64,000 nucleotides of DNA from a virus, in IMG/VR virus record IMGVR_UViG_3300045988_001753, positions 1 to 64,000 of that record, one strand, 5' to 3'. A model generated the notes under the pieces. The model worked only from the letters and a program-made list of their open reading frames with translations. It did not search any database and was not told the origin of the DNA. Positions 7,724 to 15,574 of this stretch are shown piece after piece (the first letter of the stretch is position 1; each line of letters opens with the position of its first letter). The position numbers and the translations under genes were made by a program.

Positions 7724-8776
7724 AAAACTCGAATAGCAATAGACCTCATTAATCATATATGTGATAGGGTATTCAGGAATGATGAAAGCCCTACTACTAT
7801 ACTTATTCTTGTAGCTAAGACTGTGCACAAGCAGACTTGGAAGGATGAGATTGAGAAATGGGGAGGTATCAAGTCTGACTATATTACCATTGAATGCTAT
7901 GAGTCACTAAAGAACTATGAGAACTCATACTTTGATGTAGTAGTGGCAGATGAGATGCAGCATTTGTCAGAAGCAAGAATTGATGTATTGGAGACTATCC
8001 ATATCAATGAGTCTTTCATTGGATTGTCTGCCACTATTAAGAGAGACATGAGGGATTATTTCATTTACAACCACAAGGCTGAGGTCATTAAGTGTGGTCT
8101 CAAGGAAGCTGTAGAAGATGAAGTATTACCTGAGCCTACAGTATATCTACTGCCCTTGTCTTTAGACAAGTCTAATTATACCTATAAGGTTAAGAAGTTT
8201 GGTCGTGATATAATCACCACTCAGAAAGGTTGTTATGATAGTATCTCTTCACTTATAGAGTGGTACAAGAATAAGTACTTTAACTCAAGAAATGAGAGGA
8301 TAAAGAACTTATGGCTTTCAACAGCAGGCAAAAGGCTGAAGTGGTGTGCTGAACAGAAGGAAGCCCTTGTACTATCTCTTCTTGACAAGTTCAGGAATTA
8401 CAAGACTTTGACTTTCTGTAGTAGTATTGAACAGTCAGAGAGGTTAGGTAAATATAATATCACCTCGAAGAATAAGGCTTCAGTGAAGAACCTTGAGATG
8501 TTTAATCTTAATAAGATTAAACATATTACTGCCTGTAATATACTCAATGAAGGTGTGAACTTGACTAATTGTAGGATAGGCATATTCTGCAACTTGAATA
8601 GTTCGGAGATTGTAGTAAAGCAAAGAGTTGGTAGAATACTTAGACACAAATCTCCTATTATCATCATACCTTATTTCAAGGATACAAGGGAAGAAGAACT
8701 TGTACAGAAGATGATAGAGGAGTACTCTGAGGATTCTATCATTAGTGTTGATAGTATTAATGACATTAAGCTATGA
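7724..8776 (+). CDS. SF2 (SNF2/DEAD-like) helicase, exon 2
   Basis: The frame is open from 7721. It reads KTRIAIDLINHI...TTILILVAKT (motif Ia), VVVADEMQHL (motif II, DExx) and KQRVGRILR (motif VI). The track ORF begins at GTG 7823 only because there is no upstream ATG. Confidence 0.7.
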   Translation, partial: KTRIAIDLINHICDRVFRNDESPTTILILVAKTVHKQTWKDEIEKWGGIKSDYITIECYESLKNYENSYFDVVVADEMQHLSEARIDVLETIHINESFIGLSATIKRDMRDYFIYNHKAEVIKCGLKEAVEDEVLPEPTVYLLPLSLDKSNYTYKVKKFGRDIITTQKGCYDSISSLIEWYKNKYFNSRNERIKNLWLSTAGKRLKWCAEQKEALVLSLLDKFRNYKTLTFCSSIEQSERLGKYNITSKNKASVKNLEMFNLNKIKHITACNILNEGVNLTNCRIGIFCNLNSSEIVVKQRVGRILRHKSPIIIIPYFKDTREEELVQKMIEEYSEDSIISVDSINDIKL

Positions 8777-9372
8777 CAATATGTTTAAGTAAGGAAGGAT
8801 GTCAGAAGAACAACATTAGTCTTGCTGAGGCTCTCTTGATGCTTGCCATCCATAATAATGCTGACCTTGATACAGCTCAGAAGGAGCTGATTAAGAAGGG
8901 CTATATAACTGCTAATAGGGATGACTTATTCCAACAGATTGGATGGAGACTTACTAATAAAGGTACTGAGGTAATAGATTCTGTGATTGTGGATTCTGAT
9001 AAGAAACAGGAACCTAATGACAGGTTAATTCAGTTGGCTACAAGGCTCAAAGAGATATTTCCTAAAGGCAAAAAAGATGGCACTAACTATTATTGGGCAG
9101 ATGGAGTAGCTTTGATTGTACGAAGATTAAAGTTATTCTTTAAGAAGTATGGAAATACTTATACTGATGAGCAAATCATACAGGCAACCAGTAAGTATGT
9201 GGAAGGTTTCAATGGAAACTATACATATATGAGGCTATTAAAGTATTTCATATTCAAAGAGAAAGTTGGTGCTGCTGGTGAGATTGAGGGAGACTCAGAA
9301 TTGATTAGTTACATTGAGAATGCTGGTCAAGAAGAGAATTTAAGAAATGATTGGACTTCTACAATTAACTGA
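8773..9372 (+). CDS. hypothetical protein (199 aa), replication-module associated
   Basis: ATGA overlap with the helicase stop. No motif recognised. Confidence 0.5.
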   Translation: MTICLSKEGCQKNNISLAEALLMLAIHNNADLDTAQKELIKKGYITANRDDLFQQIGWRLTNKGTEVIDSVIVDSDKKQEPNDRLIQLATRLKEIFPKGKKDGTNYYWADGVALIVRRLKLFFKKYGNTYTDEQIIQATSKYVEGFNGNYTYMRLLKYFIFKEKVGAAGEIEGDSELISYIENAGQEENLRNDWTSTIN

Positions 9373-9374
9373 TT

Positions 9375-10586
9375 ATGAGTAGATTTAAGCAAGTAATGGG
9401 AAATCTGAGGTTAAGGAGGGAGAGAGTTCTTAATGGACTTTATAATTGTATTCCTTTCCCTTTTCCAAGATTTAGAGCATGGGTTCCAGGCATTGAAACT
9501 GCTAAGTTCATAGTGGTGACTGCCAATCAAAAGGTAGGTAAATCAAAGTTCTGTGATTACCTATTTGTATATGAACCATTGTTCTTTATATTGGAGCATC
9601 CTGAGATGAGAGTTAAGGTTCTCTACTTTACTTTGGAGATGAGTCCAGAGGAAAAGTATAATGAGTTCTTGTGTCATCTATTGTTTAGATTGGATGGGAT
9701 AGAGGTATCTCCTACTGAACTGAAAAGTACAGACAGAGACCATCCCATTGATGAGAAGATTCTTGAATTGCTTGAGACTGATAAATATCAGAGATATATC
9801 AAGGCATTTGAGGATATGGTTGAGTATATTGATGACCAAAGGAATCCCACAGGAATCAATAAGTATTGTAGGGATTATGCCTTAACTCATGGACATCTTA
9901 ACTTCAAGAAAGGTAAGAGGAAAGACCCTATCACAGATGAAATCATAGATGCAGATGTGGTAGACAATGACAATCCTTATACCCCAGATGACCCAGAGGA
10001 GAGGAGGATAATCATCATAGATAATGCCTCAAATCTATCTCTTGAAAGTGGATTGAAGAAGATGGAAACTATTGATAAGATGAGCAAGTATGGTATTACT
10101 CTCAGAAATCAATTGAAATTCATCTTTGTATTGATTCAGCATCAAGCACAGGCTCAAGAGGGTATTGAGAACCAAAAGCTGAATAAGCTTAAACCATCTT
10201 CTGATGGTCTTGCAGATTGTAAGACTACTACCAGAGATGCCAATATGGTTATAGGTCTCTATAGTCCATTCAAGTATGGACTAAGAGAGTATGAAGGATA
10301 TGATATAACCAAGTTCAGGAACCATATAAGGTTCATGGAGGTGATTGAAGATAGAGACTATGGAGCAAATGGTCAAATCTGTCCTTTATTCTTTGATGGT
10401 GCAGTGAGTACATTTTATGAACTCCCAAGACCTGATGATAAGGAGGCACTACAAAGAGTATATAACTATATGGAATCAAGGAAGAGCAAAACTGCTAAGA
10501 CTTTCTTTAGTTATGGAATAAATAAAATGAATAAAGAGTTGCACAGGTGGAAAATATTTCATAAGTTTGCAACCCTTTTCAAGTAA
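9375..10586 (+). CDS. DnaB/gp4-like replicative helicase (RecA-fold)
   Basis: Walker A VVTANQKVGKSKF and Walker B RRIIIIDNASNL. Its size and its position beside other replication-module genes fit this call. Confidence 0.6.
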   Translation: MSRFKQVMGNLRLRRERVLNGLYNCIPFPFPRFRAWVPGIETAKFIVVTANQKVGKSKFCDYLFVYEPLFFILEHPEMRVKVLYFTLEMSPEEKYNEFLCHLLFRLDGIEVSPTELKSTDRDHPIDEKILELLETDKYQRYIKAFEDMVEYIDDQRNPTGINKYCRDYALTHGHLNFKKGKRKDPITDEIIDADVVDNDNPYTPDDPEERRIIIIDNASNLSLESGLKKMETIDKMSKYGITLRNQLKFIFVLIQHQAQAQEGIENQKLNKLKPSSDGLADCKTTTRDANMVIGLYSPFKYGLREYEGYDITKFRNHIRFMEVIEDRDYGANGQICPLFFDGAVSTFYELPRPDDKEALQRVYNYMESRKSKTAKTFFSYGINKMNKELHRWKIFHKFATLFK

Positions 10587-10610
10587 AAGTAACATTATAA
10601 AACAAAAACA

Positions 10611-11381
10611 ATGGCAAAGATTTTAGTTTTGGCTAAGTCAGGCTTTGGAAAAACCACTTCCTATTGTGGTAGGGAGAAATTAGGTATTAAGGGGCTTGAC
10701 CCAAAGGAAACTTATGTTATCCAGTGTATTGGTAGGGGTGTTCCTAACCCTAACTTTAAGCTGATTGAAGGTAGCATTGGAGTAGAGAATGTAGGCAAGC
10801 CTACACAGAAACTTGTAAATGCAAATGCCCTTGGTACAGGCAATAGAGTGCAAGTAGATGGTCTCACAGGCCTTGACAGATTTGCAGCAGTGACAGAGAT
10901 TATCAATATGCTGAAGAAGTCTCCTTTCAAGAACATTGTGATTGATGACTTCAATTATCTTGCACAGGATTTCTATATGGCAAATGCCATGAAAGGTGGA
11001 TGGGATACTCCTAAGCAGATTGGCTATGGAATGGGTCTCATCTTTGATGCTTTCAAGGGACTTCCTGAGGATAAGAATATTATCTGCTGTGCCCACTATG
11101 AGGAGTATAAGGATAAGAATGGTGATTCCATTTCCTATAAGTTCAAGACCACTGGAAAGATGGTTGATGACTATATTACTCCTGAGGGTAAGTTTGATAT
11201 TATCCTCTTCGGCAAGGTAGGATATGATGCAGAAAACAAGAGACCTATCAAGCACTTTGTCAAGGAGTTTGATGGAGAATATCCTGCTAAAGACAGTCTT
11301 GGTGCATTGGATGACCTTCCTGATGAGATTCCTAATGATTTGTCTATAGTAGTAGACAAATTGAGGGAGATTTATGGATAG
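10611..11381 (+). CDS. P-loop ATPase (AAA_24/Sak4-like candidate)
   Basis: N-terminal Walker A ILVLAKSGFGKTT and a Walker B-like NIVIDDFNYL. Confidence 0.55.
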   Translation: MAKILVLAKSGFGKTTSYCGREKLGIKGLDPKETYVIQCIGRGVPNPNFKLIEGSIGVENVGKPTQKLVNANALGTGNRVQVDGLTGLDRFAAVTEIINMLKKSPFKNIVIDDFNYLAQDFYMANAMKGGWDTPKQIGYGMGLIFDAFKGLPEDKNIICCAHYEEYKDKNGDSISYKFKTTGKMVDDYITPEGKFDIILFGKVGYDAENKRPIKHFVKEFDGEYPAKDSLGALDDLPDEIPNDLSIVVDKLREIYG

Positions 11382-11664
11382 GAATGAGACTGTAAGAATA
11401 TCAAGGTTGGCTGCCTTTGGTGGACTTACTTCAACTGATATTAGTATATTGTTAGTACAATATTGTGTAGCAGAGCACAATAAGCCTTATGAAGATACTG
11501 TAAGATTTGTAACTGCATTATTAGGCAGACCTATAGAGCTGAGATTTTGTGTAGAGGCTGCATTAGAGTACTATGAGAGAAAGTTCATAGTATGTAAGCT
11601 ATGGAGTGCTCCCAATCCATTAAATAATATGGGGCAAGAAAGGAAGTTATTACAAATCTTTTAA
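11374..11664 (+). CDS. hypothetical protein (96 aa)
   Basis: Overlaps the upstream stop by 8 nt. No motif recognised. Confidence 0.45.
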   Translation: MDRNETVRISRLAAFGGLTSTDISILLVQYCVAEHNKPYEDTVRFVTALLGRPIELRFCVEAALEYYERKFIVCKLWSAPNPLNNMGQERKLLQIF

Positions 11665-11676
11665 TTAAAAGAAAAT

Positions 11677-12168
11677 ATGAAAACAAAAGTATTAAGTGTA
11701 AGACAGTTTGCTGCTATTAAGAGAGTGGCAATGAATGTGAATCCTTTGGTAGTAAAGAAAAACAAAATTGCTGCCAAGATTAATGAACTCAATAAGGAAT
11801 ATAATGACCTTGTTGAGGAGATTGAAGGATATGAGATGGGAGTAATGAAACTTACTGATGGTATGGTAAGTGAGAACTTGATTGTCAAGAAGGTAGAAGA
11901 TACTGGTAAGGTTGATAAGGATGGTAAGCCTGTAAAGGTTACTAAGTATGAACCTAAGGCTGGTGTAGTAGTGTTCAATGAGGAGGCTAATGTATATGAA
12001 ATTCATGTAGAGGAGCCTGCTATTGACAATGTTGCTCCTGAGACAGTAGATGATACTGAGAAGGCACCTGAGACAGAAGTAAAGGCTGGTGAAGAGGCTC
12101 CTTTTGACCCTACTAACCCCTTCAATGATGGCACAGAGGCTGGTGACAAACTGCCTTTTGAAGATTAA
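11677..12168 (+). CDS. hypothetical protein with acidic C-terminal tail (163 aa)
   Basis: Coiled N-terminal part. Acidic C-terminus ending ...GDKLPFED. Confidence 0.5.
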   Translation: MKTKVLSVRQFAAIKRVAMNVNPLVVKKNKIAAKINELNKEYNDLVEEIEGYEMGVMKLTDGMVSENLIVKKVEDTGKVDKDGKPVKVTKYEPKAGVVVFNEEANVYEIHVEEPAIDNVAPETVDDTEKAPETEVKAGEEAPFDPTNPFNDGTEAGDKLPFED

Positions 12169-12185
12169 TCAGAAGAATTAGGGAT

Positions 12186-12701
12186 ATGGAAAGTTGGATA
12201 GAAGTAATTGATGGATACAAGGTATCAAATCTTGGGGAAGTTTATAGCACAAGGACTAATAAGGTACTAAAGAAACATACTGATAGGTATGGATACTTAT
12301 ATGTTGGAGTGTATATAAATGGGAGGTTGAAGTTTAAGAAGGTACATAGGTTAGTTGCCAAAGCCTTTCTTAGTAATTATTCTGATGACTTACAAGTAAA
12401 TCATAAGAATGAGGATAAGAAAGACAATAGAGTGGAGAATCTTGAAATGTGCAATAACAGATATAATTGTAATTATGGCAGCAGAAAGAATGTTTTGTCC
12501 AAAGCAGTTATACAAGAAACCTTAGATGGAAACTTTGTCAAAGAATGGGCTTCCACAAGAGAAATTGAGCAAACACTTGGATTCTCAAATACTTCTATCT
12601 CTGCTTGTTGTAGAGGATTTGCCAAGGATTATCATTCTGGTAAAGTATATCCTGTGCATCAAGCATTTGGTTATAAGTGGAAATATAAAAATAATGAATA
12701 A
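12186..12701 (+). CDS. free-standing HNH homing endonuclease (NUMOD4 + HNH_3 type)
   Basis: NUMOD4-like WIEVIDGYKVSNLGEVYS. HNH_3-like HRLVAKAFLSNYSDDLQVNHKNEDKKDNRVENLE. C-terminal IENR-like WASTREIEQTLGFSNTSISACC. Confidence 0.85.
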   Translation: MESWIEVIDGYKVSNLGEVYSTRTNKVLKKHTDRYGYLYVGVYINGRLKFKKVHRLVAKAFLSNYSDDLQVNHKNEDKKDNRVENLEMCNNRYNCNYGSRKNVLSKAVIQETLDGNFVKEWASTREIEQTLGFSNTSISACCRGFAKDYHSGKVYPVHQAFGYKWKYKNNE

Positions 12702-13647
12702 CATGAATAAGAAAAAAGTTGGATATGCTTTTATGGCATTCAGTAAAGGAACAGAGAGTAAAGAAGGCAATGCAGTAAAGAGATATACAGGTGTAGCTCC
12801 TGTATTTGTTTTGGCTGTAAATCCTAACAAGGCAGAGTTAGAGAAACTCTATAATACCCAGCTTGAAAATGACCCTGAGTATCTGGGTGAAGTTGAGGTA
12901 GGTGAGGACAAGCACAAGGTACAGAATGTCAGACTTGATTTCATTGTTAAGACTGATGCTGAAAAGTGTGGTGGTATTGAGTTTACCACTAAGGTAGCTT
13001 TCTTCATTAGAAAGGAATACAGATACAATAGAGACCAGACTAAGGTACAGGTAATTGATAAGTATGGTAGAACTGCTTGGGTTACTGTAGAGCAGGCTAA
13101 GGCACATGAGATTCCTGTATATAAGAATGGCCCTGCCAACATTGATAAGGACTACAGACCTGCTTATCATGGTGAGGAAGAGCTTACTAACTTCATTAAG
13201 GCATACCTCAACATTCCTAATGTAATGAAGTATGTCAATAATACTTGGGTTATGGTAGACAAACCTGAGGATTGTGAAGCAAGACTTGAGAATATTGCTG
13301 AGTACTTCAAGGGCAATTTCAAGGAGCTGAGAGATGTTATTGCATTGCAGCCTAATAACAAGGTTAAGGTATTGTTTGGTGTAAGAACCACTGATGATAA
13401 TAAGCAGTATCAGGCTGTTTATAATCAGATGTTCTTGAAGAACAACATTACTGACTACAGTAAGTTGGATGCAGACTTGCAGGAAAGAAAGGCTGCTGGT
13501 GCATATCCTACTACTGAGTTTACTGTGGGTGACTTGAAGGAGTATGATGTAGAATCTACAGACCTCAGTAACTCTGGTGCAGCAGGTGATATGCCTTTCC
13601 CTGCTGGTGATGCTGGTGGTGGTACACCTTGGGATTTTGGTAAGTAA
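12694..13647 (+). CDS. hypothetical protein; ssDNA-binding protein candidate
   Basis: The likely start (MNNMNKKK) overlaps the HNH stop; the track extension from 12526 lies inside the HNH gene. The SSB idea rests on the position between replication genes, strong codon bias and a Gly-rich C-terminal tail (GDMPFPAGDAGGGTPWDFGK). Function is not established. Confidence 0.3.
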   Translation: MNNMNKKKVGYAFMAFSKGTESKEGNAVKRYTGVAPVFVLAVNPNKAELEKLYNTQLENDPEYLGEVEVGEDKHKVQNVRLDFIVKTDAEKCGGIEFTTKVAFFIRKEYRYNRDQTKVQVIDKYGRTAWVTVEQAKAHEIPVYKNGPANIDKDYRPAYHGEEELTNFIKAYLNIPNVMKYVNNTWVMVDKPEDCEARLENIAEYFKGNFKELRDVIALQPNNKVKVLFGVRTTDDNKQYQAVYNQMFLKNNITDYSKLDADLQERKAAGAYPTTEFTVGDLKEYDVESTDLSNSGAAGDMPFPAGDAGGGTPWDFGK

Positions 13648-13672
13648 GTAGTAATTTCTAAAAAAAAAAGCA

Positions 13673-14713
13673 ATGGCAATCAGCAAAGGTAAATCTTCTG
13701 TGAGCCTTGATGATATTCTAAGTAAAGTGACAGAAGCAGATATTCTGTCATATTACTTAGGAGTCACAGAGGTTCCTTGTATTATAAATAGTCCTCTTAG
13801 ACAGGACAGGAGACCTTCTTTTGGTCTTTATTCTACTGATGGTAGAAGAATATTTTACACAGATTTATCCACGAGGGATAGAGGAGGTCTATTTGACCTG
13901 CTTGGTCATATGTGGAACTGTGGTTATAAGGAAGTTCTAACAAGGATTAATGAAGACATTTCAAAGTTCTGTGGTGGTGCCAGTGTTCATTCATATACTC
14001 CCTGTGCTGTAAGAAGTACAAATAGCTATAACAAAGATACAGACTTGCAGTGCAAAGTCAGAGATTGGAGAAGTTATGATATTGAATATTGGGCATCCTA
14101 TGGTATAACTTTAGAATGGCTCAAGTATGCAGAGGTTTATCCCATATCTCATAAGATTGTCATAAAAGATGGTCATAGATATGTATTTGGAGCTGATAAA
14201 TATGCCTATGCTTATGTAGAACACAAAGAAGGCAAAGTTACCCTAAAAATATATCAGCCTTTCAATAAAGCTGGTTATAAGTGGAGTAACAAGCATGACA
14301 ATTCTGTAGTGAGCCTATGGACTAAAGTACCTGAGTATGGGGAGCAGATTTGCATTTGCTCTTCATTGAAAGATGCTCTATGTCTATGGGCTAATACAGG
14401 TATTCCATCTCTTGCCATTCAAGGTGAGGGGTATAGGATGAGTGATACTGCAATTAGTGAACTGAAAAGAAGATATAAACAGGTCTTCATTTGCTTGGAT
14501 AATGATGAGCCAGGACTAAAAGATGCTCAGAAGTTAGCTGAGGAAACAGGCTTTACTAATGTAGTGTTACCACCCTTTAATGAAGGGAAAGATATTTCAG
14601 ACTTGTATAAGGCTAAGGGCAAAGATGAGTTCCTTAGAATAATCAAGCCTTTATTCAACTCTTCAAGACAAGAGGACAATGATTGGAATGATTTGCCCTT
14701 TTGTATAGATTAA
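13673..14713 (+). CDS. DnaG-type TOPRIM DNA primase
   Basis: TOPRIM DxD motif VFICLDNDEPG and a degenerate zinc-finger-like N-terminus (PCIINSPLRQDRRPSFGLY). A10 leader at 13660..13669. Confidence 0.7.
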   Translation: MAISKGKSSVSLDDILSKVTEADILSYYLGVTEVPCIINSPLRQDRRPSFGLYSTDGRRIFYTDLSTRDRGGLFDLLGHMWNCGYKEVLTRINEDISKFCGGASVHSYTPCAVRSTNSYNKDTDLQCKVRDWRSYDIEYWASYGITLEWLKYAEVYPISHKIVIKDGHRYVFGADKYAYAYVEHKEGKVTLKIYQPFNKAGYKWSNKHDNSVVSLWTKVPEYGEQICICSSLKDALCLWANTGIPSLAIQGEGYRMSDTAISELKRRYKQVFICLDNDEPGLKDAQKLAEETGFTNVVLPPFNEGKDISDLYKAKGKDEFLRIIKPLFNSSRQEDNDWNDLPFCID

Positions 14714-14751
14714 AGTTTCAATAAGTTCAATTTATAAAAAAAAGTGAAAAC

Positions 14752-15507
14752 ATGGAAGCAAGAAAAATTACAGTCGTACAGACTAAGAATCAGAAGAAGA
14801 GTGTTATTATGTCAGCAGCCACGACCCTTGCTGAGTTGAAAAGTGACCTGAGAGCCAATGGTATTGACTATGATGGTATGACCTTCTTTGAAGGTACATC
14901 AAAGGTTGAATTGAAGAATGATGCTTCAGTTCTGCCACATGATGTTCCTTACAAGGGCACTATCACAAATGAGTTGGTTTTCATGCTTACTAACACCAAC
15001 AAGAAAATTAGAAGTGGTGCTGTTGCAATGAGTAGAGCTGAGGCATACAGTGCTATCAAATCTATGGGTTTACAGGATGCTTGTGTGAAGAAGTTTGGCA
15101 AGAACTTCACTATGTGTAAGACTGCTGACCTTATTGCATTGATACAGAGCAATGGTGCTTCAAAGCCTGCTCCTGCTGCTCCTAAAGCTGAGGCTAAGGC
15201 TGAGACTAAGAAGGAGGAAAAGGTAGAAGCACCTGTAAACACTCCTGAAGTAAGTGCTCCTGTAGCACCTGCAAGTAATGGTGGTGAGTGTGTTGATACT
15301 GTAGCAAGAGCTGCTATCAGCAAGTTGGTGGAAATTCTTGAGGACAATGGCACAATTGAAGATTATGAGAAAGAGAAAGTGCTTGATATTCTTGGGGGTG
15401 AAGTAGCTGTAGCTGCTGCACCATCTGAGGAGTATAAGCCTAAGTCAGCTTCTCCTTACTCTGATGATGAGATTGATGATATGTTCGCAGGAATGGGTGT
15501 CAATTAA
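14752..15507 (+). CDS. hypothetical protein; N-terminal beta-grasp/ubiquitin-like candidate, Ala/Pro/Lys linker, acidic C-terminus
   Basis: Residues 1-89 show an alternating strand/helix pattern reminiscent of ubiquitin and end in KKIRSG. A low-complexity stretch KPAPAAPKAEAKAETKKEEK follows. A8 leader upstream and a strong terminator downstream. Confidence 0.5.
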   Translation: MEARKITVVQTKNQKKSVIMSAATTLAELKSDLRANGIDYDGMTFFEGTSKVELKNDASVLPHDVPYKGTITNELVFMLTNTNKKIRSGAVAMSRAEAYSAIKSMGLQDACVKKFGKNFTMCKTADLIALIQSNGASKPAPAAPKAEAKAETKKEEKVEAPVNTPEVSAPVAPASNGGECVDTVARAAISKLVEILEDNGTIEDYEKEKVLDILGGEVAVAAAPSEEYKPKSASPYSDDEIDDMFAGMGVN

Positions 15508-15522
15508 TAAGGGTAAGTAACA

Positions 15523-15566
15523 GTAGGTAAGGAGGTTAGAAATGTCCCCTTACCTACTTTTTTTTT
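15523..15566 (+). terminator. rho-independent terminator
   Basis: 10-bp stem GTAGGTAAGG (15523..15532) / CCTTACCTAC (15548..15557), followed by T9 (15558..15566). Confidence 0.75.
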
Positions 15567-15574
15567 ACAGTAAT

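Noticed and set aside
10680-11480. 266-aa antisense ORF opposite the P-loop ATPase gene
   Set aside because: It is the codon-aligned complement frame of 10611..11381, since both frames share codon boundaries. Such a frame stays open whenever the sense gene avoids TTA, CTA and TCA codons. The product is a low-complexity Leu/Ile/Ser-rich string, while the sense strand carries a clear Walker A motif. It is a shadow ORF and at most indicates strong codon bias in the sense gene.
12526-12693. N-terminal extensions of track ORFs: 12526 for the SSB candidate, 3927 for the Prs-like gene, 15542 for the 433-aa gene, 29077 for the small membrane protein and 6688 (TTG) for the LAGLIDADG gene
   Set aside because: Each extension overlaps the preceding, better-supported gene or, in the case of 15542, a terminator hairpin. 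In each case an in-frame ATG lies right at or after the upstream stop, so the shorter gene models were used.
12838-13686. 282-aa antisense ORF opposite the SSB-candidate gene, plus shorter antisense ORFs nested in it
   Set aside because: It is again in the codon-aligned complement frame of the sense gene (12694..13647). It has no start context or upstream gap. It would run against the uniform plus-strand operon structure. It is a shadow ORF.
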